A stretch of 64,000 bases of DNA from Azolla caroliniana (taxonomy: Eukaryota > Plantae > Polypodiophyta): NCBI GenBank assembly GCA_043228905.1, contig JBHGNT010000009.1:6076001-6140000 (forward strand). The letters are read 5' to 3'. Under the pieces are notes generated by a model. The model saw only the letters and a program-made list of their open reading frames with translations. It was not told the DNA's origin and ran no database searches. Of this stretch, positions 25,117 through 35,002 are shown one piece after another. The first letter of the stretch is position 1; the number at the start of each line of letters is the position of its first letter. Position numbers and translations under genes: made by a program.

Positions 25117-28100
25117 CTACAAACTCCATGGCATACTGTTGTAAATACATTCATACACATTAGCACTAATTGTGTATAAACCTGAGCAGCTATTGTATTG
25201 CGACATTGGGACATTGATGCACTTCACCAAATGAGAGTACATGTACGCCATTGGTTTGTCTTCTAATAGCCTATACACATAATCATAATCATCTAGTCTC
25301 GTATAAAAAATACCTTCGATGTAGAATGTCCCGGTAGATACAACATTTCCCCAAGCATCTAATATATTATGTGTTGCACACTGTTTACTAACCGTGCACT
25401 TCAATATATAGAAATCAACATCCTCTGAATTGCCTTCTTCTGCATTTACAGCGAAATTATCCCCAACATTTAAGACATCACTACGAGTATCTCCACGTCC
25501 TTGATATGTGAAGTCAGCATTCTTTTCGGTTTCTCCATCAACTACTTCCTTATTGTTCAATGTATGATACTCCCAATTCTGAATATATGCTTTGTTTAAA
25601 CAATACCTCCAATTTCCCTGCACACAATGGAAGCAAAAACAAGTTAAGTCTCTAACCGCAATACAAATACCATCCAACCTAGAATAACCGCGAACAACAT
25701 GGAGAGATTGCAATTTGGTAATTTCTTGGACTCCTAGGTCTTCTCCCTATTTACTTCATCTATCTTCACTTCCCAAAATTCATGTTTGATATCTCGGACC
25801 TGCAAGGAATAAACATATTAGCTCTTAAACATTCAACTACATGTGCTGCACAATTCATCTGCACACCATCTGCCTTTAGTTGTTCATGGGTAAGTGCCCG
25901 CTTTATAACAGCACCTGCGCCATCATGTTCACATTTACCATGGCCAGACCCAAAACAATTCCATCTCATCTCCAAACCTGTTATAGCAGGATATCTCCCC
26001 ACAAAATAAAATGGACGTCTAGCTTGAAATTGTGACGCAGCTCCATCAGAGCAGACCCAATGTTGAGTAAGCTCCAAACATTTAGCTAATAAACATTGCC
26101 AATGTAAGTTAAAACAATGTTGGACGAACAAGGTATCATGCTTCTTATCATCAGAAATAAAAAAACGAATTATTTTTTTAACATCACCTGAAACTCGAAA
26201 ATATGTTATGTGCACAAAAATGGTAATCTGCGATGAACACCAATGCATAGATTGAATTTCATTCTGCTGCTTGAAAGAATAATTCTCTGCGAAATCTACT
26301 ATTGAGACTACTACATCATTTGGAAAATAAGATATGCAAGTCTCAAACTGATGGGCTTGCCATAAATAAATAGAGATACTACAAATAGAGACGCCAAATC
26401 CCTTGGTTTAAGCGACTTCTTAACTAGATCCTTTCTTATACACACCTTTCCTTCGAAATTGGTGTCAACTGACTCAAATAACTTAACAAAGATTAATATT
26501 TCACTACTCAATTCATTTGGACACCACCTAAATCTACTAGGGCCACAATCTTGACATAAACCTATGACACATTTATGACTGTGGAAGATGGCCTTAGTTT
26601 CTCTCGGACACAATACTGAATCTAAAAGACAACTCATGGAAGACATAACATGCTCAGATAATTTACAATGCTCATGCGAGCTCGATCAACAAATTGGGCA
26701 CTCACAAGTGCAAACTGCATTTGTTAGGGAGGCATTATGGTGATGTAGTCGATTAACAGAGTCCTTGAGAAAACCCATGTGTACATGGTAAATGCAACAA
26801 CATGTGTAACGATCCTTCAAGAGTCCCACAAAGTGTGGCTTAAGAGACTCGAATGTTCGTAGTTGAACTTTGATATTTTGATGCATTAACCTGAACCTAA
26901 TAAATAAATCGACCTACGTAATAAAATGGACATACTAATTAGCTCTATGGCTATGTGGTAGCTAATTAGCTACTACCATAGTTTAGTACAGTAGCTAATT
27001 AGCTACAAACATAGTTTAGTACAGTAGCTAATAAGCTAAGTGGTAGCTACTTAGCTACTACCATACTTTAGTATAGTAGCTAATTAGCTAAGTGGTAGCT
27101 AATTAGCTACTACCATAGTTTAATACAACAGCTAATTAGCTAAATGGTAGCTAATTAGCTACTACCATGGTTTAGTACAGTAGGTAATTAGCTAAATAGT
27201 TTAGTACAATGGCTAATTAGCTAAGTGGTAGCTAATTAGCTACTACCATACTTTAGTACAGTAGCTAATAAGCTAAGTGGTAGCTAATTAGCTACGACCA
27301 TAGTTTAGTACAGTAGCTAATTAGCTAAGTGGTAGCTAATTAGCTACGACCATAGTTTAGTACAGTAGCTAATTAGCTAAGTGGTAGCTAAATAGCTACT
27401 ACCATACTTTAGCTGAGTAGCTAATTAGCTAAGTGGTAGCTAAGTAGCTACTACCATAGTTTAATACAATAGCTAATTAGCTAAATGGTAGCTAATTAGA
27501 TACTACCATAGTTTAGTACAATAGCTAATTAGCTAAGTGGTAGCTAATTAGCTACTACCATAGTTTAATACAATAGCTAATTAGTTAAATGGTAGCTAAT
27601 TAGATACTACCATAGTTTAGTATAGTAGCTAATAAGCTAAGTGGTAGCTAATTAGCTACTACCATAGTTTAGTACAATAGCTAATTAGCTACCACTTAGT
27701 TAATTAGCTACTACCACACTTTAGCTGAGTAGCTAATAAGCTACGTGGTAGCTAATTAGCTACTACCATAGTTTAGTACAATAGCTAATTAGCTACTACT
27801 TAGCTAATTAGCTACTACCATACATTAGTTGAGTAGCTAACTAGCTAAGTGGTAGCTAATTAGCTATTACCATAGTATAGTACAGTAGCTAATTAGCTAA
27901 GTGGTAGTTAATTATCTACTACCATACTTTAGCTGAGTAGCTAATTAGCTAAGTGGTAGTTAAGTAGCTACTACCATACTTTAGTTGAGTAGCTAATTAG
28001 CTATTCTGGTAGCTAAATAGCTATGTTCGATATTCTTAGGGAACTAATTAGCTGTTTTAGTAGCTAATTAGCTCTTACTGGTAGCTAGTTAGCTATGGTC

Positions 28101-28950
28101 ATATTCAGAGGTAGGTAATTAGCTATTCGGGTATGGTCATATTCGGAGGTAGCTCAAAAGTCAAAACAAATATTGAGATAAATGTAAATACCCAAGGTAC
28201 ATCAAGAAGATGAATGGGATGCTCCTCGTATCGACTCCTTCCAACACGTTTCCTGCATAAATCCTTCTTATTGGGTGAAACTCTACTCTCATTAGTTCAA
28301 AATATTGTGATTATATCCTTGATTCTTTATGTTATGGGTGTCATTGGCTTACATCTTGTTGTTAGCTTTAGCAGACTAGTTCCTTCACCCGAGGAAACTA
28401 TTCGGTTCAATGTATTGTACACACTTTTTCTACTAACACCAATTACCTTAGATAGTACACTGATGTTAATATCGTCAACATCACTATTAAGTAACATCAT
28501 TAGACTAGACCTTTTTAAGAGAAGATCATCTTCTAACCTACTCATGGATACGAAACTATTACAGAGATTATTTACTAGTACAGATGTTATGTTTGCATTA
28601 AGACCATCACAATCAACTAACTCCTTTATCGATGGATCATTTAACATTCCATAAAGTACTACCTTCGTGTCTTCATTGCTTATGTGCTTGGTTTGAACAT
28701 TGAAATAGTCTACAACCTTTCTCTCTATGATAGTAGTCTCATTACTTCCATTCTCAGTGATATTTAGACCTATATCGCAACCAATACTATCTTTACCTTT
28801 AGTGAGTGTGGCTTTCGTATCCTTCAACAATTGACGATGTTTTTTTTTTTCTGCCCAATACTTTCGTATCGCTTGTTGTGTCCTGATAGCATCACCCCTA
28901 TCCTGATGATCATTGAGGGGTAATTCTAAACACCCTCCTTCCCCTTCCAT
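25117..28950 (-). pseudogene. Sola2-like transposase (exons ~28192-28950 and ~25117-26913), disrupted
   Basis: SRVSPNKKD...HLLDVP | VDLF...FESLKPHFV, TCCCIYH, C-x-CPIC, VDFAENYSF..QNEIQSMHW, ISDDKKHD, SDGAASQF, FGSGHGKCEHDGAGAVIKR, CFCFHC; phase-0 GT..AG intron at 26914-28191. Confidence 0.8.
26930..28155. repeat. Tandem array of the same ~52-bp palindromic-core unit (array 2, ~20 units) filling the transposase intron
   Basis: Same unit and orientation as array 1; degenerates at both edges. Confidence 0.95.
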
Positions 28951-29109
28951 TTGGCTTGACGGGTTTAAACCCTAATTTTCCCGAAAAAAAGACACGTATT
29001 AAAGATGGCTATGGGCAACAACAATACACAAAAATATTCTGCAATACACAAGATTATACACAACAATACACAAGATAATCAATAGACATAATAGTTATTC
29101 AAATCCAAG

Positions 29110-30060
29110 ACTGAACAGTGGCGGTAATCCAGGGCCGAATAGTGGCGGCAATTGAGTGTAGAATGATGGCAACGGAGGAGTGAATTCTATCGGATCGAAT
29201 AGTGGCAGATGATGCTTGGAATGCACAGTGACGACAACTAAGAGTAGAATGGCAGTAGTGGAGAAGGAATGAACTCCTTGGGATTGAAAACTGGCAGCAA
29301 TACACGACTAAATAGTAGCGGCAACTAAGTGTAGAATGATGGCAATGGATGAGTGAACTCCATCAAATCGAAAAGTGGCAGTAATCCACAACCGAACAGT
29401 AGCGGCAACTAAGTGTAGAATGATGGCAATAGAGGAGTAAAGTCCTTCAGATTGAACAGTGGCAAATGATGCATGGAACGCACAGTGATGGCAACTGAGA
29501 GTACAATGGCGACAGTGGAGAAGGAGTGAACTCCCTCAGATCAAAAAGTGGCAACAATACACGACCAAACAGTAGCGGCAACTAAGTGTAGAATGATGGC
29601 AATGGATGAGTGAACTCCGTCAAATCGAAAAGTGGCAGCAATCCAGGACCGAATAGTAGCGACAACTGAGTGTAAAATGATGGCAATGGAGGAGTGAACT
29701 CTGTCAGATCGAACAGTGGCAGATGATGCTTGGAACGCACATTGATGGCAACTGAGAGTAGAATGGAGGCAGTGGAGGAGTTAACTCCGTCGGATCGAAA
29801 AGTGGCAACAATATACGACCTTCACAATAGCGGCAACTGAGTGTAGAGTGGCGGCAATGGAGGAGTGAACATGACAGATGATGCTTGGACTGAACAATGG
29901 TGGCAACTAAGTGTAGAATGGCGGCAATGGAGGAGTGAACTCCGTCAGATCAAACAATGGCAGATGATACTTGGACCACACAGTGCCAGTAACTAAGTGT
30001 AGAATGGCGGCAATGGAGGAGTGGACTCAATAGGGTTTAGCAACAGTGGTAGTAATCTAA
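29110..30060. repeat. ~84-bp minisatellite with ~255-bp higher-order periodicity, upstream of the transposase
   Basis: Recurrent GGCAACTRAGTGTAGAATGATGGCAATGGAGGAGTGAACTC; the GATGATGCTTGGA variant recurs at about 29208, 29466, 29722 and later. Confidence 0.85.
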
Positions 30061-30366
30061 GACAAAATACTCAACCAGAGATGGCCCACGTGATGTGACA
30101 AAGGATCATGCATAATGGACCTAGGAATTCGGCATATAATTTATGGTGCACATATCAATTTATGTTGCACGTTTATGTTGTACATTTATGGTGCTCATTC
30201 ATATAATTAAAACTCTCTACTATTTTCAATGGTAGCTTTTTGCATAGGTAATTTATCAATTGTAGCTTTTTGCAAAAATGACTATATATCAATGGTAGCT
30301 TTTTGCATAGCTAATTAGCTATGTCAAGGACATAGCTAATTGTTTCCACTCACATGCTTTCACCCC

Positions 30367-31810
30367 TATACGAATTGGCTCGGACTCCTCGACTATATCA
30401 CCTGATGCTATGGGATGGCCATCAATGACTCCTATGGCTACTGGGTTTGGGAGCTTATTCAAAAGGATGTTTTGTGACAATGCAAATTCACCATCCATGA
30501 ACCAAGAGTTGGCTCAAGAATCTAGGAGGGCAGAGGCTAGGACTCGATGACATGTAGATGTGGTAAGCTCAACTTGTGCAGAAAAAACTCTACTCACTTA
30601 ACTCGATAAAATGGAACCACGACTAGGACCTAACTCTACATATCTAGGATGGACTAACCAAATGGCTCCTATTTTGGCCGAAGTTACTCATTTAACACAT
30701 TCTCTAATTGACACAAGGCATCGAATCTATTCTCATGGCATGGACTATTAGGCTTATTTATGTTATTAGAAGTAACAATGGAACTCGAAGTAGGGATGTC
30801 ATGTGCACTTACTTGGTATACTTGACATCTAGGTTTATGTGGACAATTCACGGCTATATGTCCTGGACCGCCACAATATAGGCATAGGCATGCGCTCAAC
30901 ATCGTTGCTTCTTAGCATCTGATAAAGGCCCGCGAAGTTGTGTTGTCTCTATTTCTATCAGAGTTGGGTCGTCCCTTGTAATGGGTCTGGAAACTTGTGG
31001 AGGTGTTGCCACTACAAAAGCATATGTTTGTTCCGGTTGGCGACATAACATTTGTTGGCGCTCAAAACGTCGCTCAAATAGGTGATTATCACATTGCACG
31101 GCTCGACTAATGGCCTCTATTAGAGACTTCGGATCTTCATGGAAAGTAAGAAGAAGATCTTCGACATCATTACGCAAACCTTGACAGAATTTATCCATTA
31201 AGGCTGCCTCATCCCAAGGGAAATCGCAATGTGCCAAAAGACAAAAATCAATTGCGTAAGCCGATGCGGGACAATCTCCTTGTCGAAGCCTTCGAATCTT
31301 GTTTATCGCCATCCTAGTGCTATCGGTGTCTCCGAAACTAGCTTGAAACTCCTTAACAAATGCCTCAAAATCCTCTAGCAACAGTGATTTCTTCTTGAGC
31401 AATGGTGCAAACCATGCTAATGTTGTACCACATAGCAAGGTTCCCACTAATCCCACACGAGCAGCATTAGTTGGGTACCAATTGGGATGTAACTGAATAA
31501 CCAAATGGATTTGATTCAAGAAGCCTCAAAATAAAGACCTCGTACCATCAAACTTGGCAAGGAGTCTAATCTTTGGTTCTCGAGGGGAGTTTTGAGCCCC
31601 GACGCTTGTTCTCGTAATGACAATATAGTAGCCTCGAGTTGATGAATCCATTGTGATAACTCTTCATATTGTTGAGCTTTTTTCGGTACTCACTTGTTGT
31701 AGGTCGTCCAATAGCCTTTGATTTTCATGCTCTAATGCCACAAATTTATTCGTGAGCATGTCGAGCTCAGAAAGAACACACATGTATTCTTGTTTGCTCA
31801 CGAACTCCAT
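30367..31810 (-). pseudogene. Chromovirus-like (Tf1/sushi/Tcn1-type) gypsy element B: gag and start of protease
   Basis: MEFVSKQEY..., WFAPLL, IRRLRQG, CLYCGGPGHIAVNCP knuckle, LLDS..NSW, IDGHPIASG; homologous to element A at 35529-37126. Confidence 0.88.
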
Positions 31811-31882
31811 AACTTACGAGGGGAGAGGAGAAGAAAGAAGAGAACTTGTTGGAAGAGGGAGAAATGAAAAATTGGTTCAACC

Positions 31883-32287
31883 TGTCAAGACAAAGAGAAA
31901 GAGAGAGAAAGAGAGGAAAAGAGATATAGTGTTAAGATAGAAAGAGAGAATTGAAAAGAAAGTATTGTATTGCAATATAAGATGGAGTGCAAAGAGTAGA
32001 GAATAGGGAGCTATAGGATGGCGTTGAACCAATTTGGCTTTTGGAGGATTTATAGATCCCTATTTATAAGTCCCTATAGTGTAATATAGATTACTCTAGA
32101 ATATTCTAGGACATTCTAGAATATAGAGTAATCTAGTAGTCTAGAAGGTTTATAGAGTATTCTAGAAGGTTCTAGCATATAGAACACTCTAGAATATTCT
32201 AGGAAATTCTAGAATATAAAGTAGAATATTCTTATGATATTGGATTATATATTCTAAAAGCCATACACATAAACATGTTACTACAAT
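31883..32287 (-). mobile_element. 5' LTR of element B (U3 start truncated or interrupted)
   Basis: Ends ...TTGACA at 31883 next to the PBS; TATAAATA at 32061-32068; TTCTAGAA-rich U3. Confidence 0.75.
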
Positions 32288-33027
32288 TGTTAAGGATTTG
32301 AGATGCGTATAACAAGGTTGTGGGTTCAAATCCTTTCGAGGCATGATGTGAGTGTCATCATGACAGTTGAAGACACAACACTAAGCGAGGATACCGAATA
32401 GAGAAAAGACGATCGAAAGGAGAAGGAACCTAAAGACAAAAAGATTGAGGATCTAGCGAGGAGCACAAGAGCAAGCACGAGCGGATAATAGACGATCAAC
32501 CCAAGGCCGAGTATCTCAATCAGACATGAGTCGATCCAAACAAACGAGTTGATTCTAACGCAAGATGATTCGAACAAATCAATCCAACCAACTCAGACAA
32601 GCCGACACATACAACATATTGCACACATGACTAGTTGAACTATGTTAGATTTCGACATTACTTCTGCAAATTCGGCCGAATGCCGACAAACCTGTATGTA
32701 TACTTGTACCTTAAGATTAGACATGTAATGTAGGTTTATGGGGGATATAACCCCAAAATCAGTTGTATACATAGGAAAGAGTAACCCTTTTACTGGGGAT
32801 TTTGTTGGCATAAACGGACGACTCCTTCCACTTTGTATTCGTAGTGTGAACACGTCCTCCAGTTAGGGCTTTAGTATATAAGCTCAACCCTAACATTGTA
32901 AAGAAATATTGAGTGTAAGCGTTACAAAGAGAAAGACAAAGAACTTTCATTGAAGCTTGTAATTGTGTTCACTTTAGATTCCTTCTTTAGTCATCGATAT
33001 GTGTTGTTTGTTGTGCACATCCCAACA
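32288..33027 (+). mobile_element. Probable isolated LTR of another family
   Basis: TGTT...AACA termini, TATATAA near 32876, non-coding; no matching TSD. Confidence 0.45.
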
Positions 33028-33029
33028 AG

Positions 33030-33356
33030 TCCTCACACATCCTTCCGCGCATATTCTCCTACATTCATATGGTTTGATACGCCGGAGTCGACAAACCATA
33101 CATCTTCCGAACTGGAGGTACTAGTCGAACTACAGGCCGACATAGAATTTGCTCTGTGTTTTATCATGAACATTCCGCCATGGTCTTCATAGTCAGAGTT
33201 GGTAGCGTAATTGGTGAGTTTCCTGCTTTTAGACACCGACTCACTCTTCTTCCTTTGACATTCCTCTTCATGGTGGTCGATTTTTCCATAGTATCCGCAT
33301 TTGATGGGGTTGTTTTGTTGGTTTGGTCGGCATGGAAGCTCCCCCTTCTTCCGAAT
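33030..33356 (-). pseudogene. Copia gag-knuckle/protease fragment
   Basis: DVWFVDSGVSNHM; degenerate knuckle region upstream. Confidence 0.75.
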
Positions 33357-33797
33357 TGTAAAGAATCGGATATGATTCTGTGCATCGGAAAATATGTGTG
33401 TTTGTGTTTGTGGAAAAGGAGAGGAGAGGAGAGAAAAACAAGTTAAATAAATGAGAGAAATGAAGTACTCAAGAAGATGTATATTAACAAGGAGAATATC
33501 AATTACAAAAATGTAGCATTACAAGGGAGGACAAGCTACTCTATATGAGGTAGGAGGAGGGTGCTTTATATAAGGTCACCCTGACTCTTCATTAAACACC
33601 CACTCTCTCTCTAGAGCTATAGAAGCTCAATGGTCATGGGGAATGTGGAACTCACTAGTTATGTGTCATAGAATATGATTCTATGACACATAGTTCATGT
33701 GTAATAAGTAGTGGTGTCTTTTAAGTTTTGACCTTTGAATGTTCATACATTCTCAAAGGTGTGTTCACACACTAGACTAGGTTCTTGATTCTCAACA
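33357..33797 (-). mobile_element. Copia LTR (3' LTR of a minus-strand element), with PPT and RNase H tail at 33798-33929
   Basis: Minus strand GAGGGGCCG|TGTTGAGAATC...TTTACA; upstream QFMTDLGLMIPDLPNLRG; same family as the LTR at ~40465-40881. Confidence 0.75.
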
Positions 33798-33929
33798 CGG
33801 CCCCTCAATCTCAACTTGGATCGGCTTCTTTCGATTGATGTCCGCTTCGGCTGGTACCCGATTCCCCCTTTTACTCCCCCTCAAGTTTGGCAAGTCAGGG
33901 ATCATCAATCCAAGGTCTGTCATGAATTG

Positions 33930-35002
33930 TGTTGAGCGGGCAAGCTCAACCGGACCCGGATCGGCTGAATAAGCCAAGATCCGGATCGGTATCCGGAACG
34001 GAGAACCGGATAGGTGTCCACTGTCCATATATATTGGTATCCGGAACCTAGAGCCGGACCAGAGAACCGGATCGTACTCTGGAATAGTGAGAATCAGTAG
34101 GCCGTTGGAGCCTACGGTTTGAGTCTAGTACGTAGGCATATTCCTTGGAGTTAGGGTCATTCGCTCATATGAGCATTGAAGTACTTGTCAGTACCTCTGT
34201 CAATCCTTTTAAGGACATGTAGGACATTTGGATGTAAAGAGTGTTATTATTTTGAATTGAGTTTTATGTTATTCTGCTCTCTCTGTCTCTCCCATGTACT
34301 ATATACTCTTAACCTTCCATTAAACCTTCATTTCTATTTTACTGTTGTTATCCGACTGAGCCAGTTTATCTAAGATCCACATAATAACTTTTATATGGTA
34401 TCAGAGCACGAGGGTTGAGAACCTCTGTTGCTGACAAGGGACCTCTACAAACAAACCCTAATCACTAGTAAAGAACAGAAGAAAGAGAGAAGATATGGAC
34501 AGAAGATATGTGACCGACTACACCACCAAGATCACGGAGATCTGCTATGCACTCGGGTCTATCAACGTGATGGTGAACGAAGACGAGATGGTCCAGATCT
34601 GCCTCGGTGGTCTAACACAACGGTACGAGCTAATCTAGACAGCAATTTGCACCCGAGAGAAGCCACCGTCCTTCCACCTGCAATCAATGCTCATGGTCGA
34701 AGAAAACCATGCAAGTGGGTCAAGAACCACTCAATCGGACAGCCGGATGTTGTACACAGAGGTGGATCGGCCCCGTGGACATGGAGGACGAGGTGGGTCG
34801 GCACGCAATAGCAACGGCCGGCAAGAACAGAATCAGAGGCATAGAGATGGTGCCGACAGCAATTCCGGACCATCCACAAGCAGGGGGGGTCAAGGTGGCA
34901 TCGGAAACCGGCAAGGGAAGTCTGATATGGAATGCTGGTACTGTGGCAAGAAAGGCCACCACCGTGAGAGCGAGTGCTGGAAAAAGGCCACCCGATCGTG
35001 AA
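33930..35002 (+). mobile_element. Copia 5' LTR (33930-34395), tRNA-iMet PBS (34396-34407) and internally deleted gag
   Basis: TGTTGAG start similar to the LTR at 57215; TGGTATCAGAGC; DEMVQICLGG, QSMLMVEENH, CWYCGKKGH..SECW. Confidence 0.88.

Larger units (their letters stand above)
22277..30366 (-). mobile_element. Sola2-like DDE DNA transposon with a convergent accessory gene and intronic tandem arrays; left end probably lost
   Basis: Transposase motifs (next features); subterminal short repeats at 30138-30340; candidate GRG/CYC terminus at 30351 (CTC) or 30366 (CCC); no matching TSD. Confidence 0.7.

Noticed and set aside
22277-28155. Palindromic repeat arrays as a CRISPR-like locus
   Set aside because: The segments between repeats are only two or three recurring ~10-bp variants rather than unique spacers; there are no cas genes; the context is eukaryotic.
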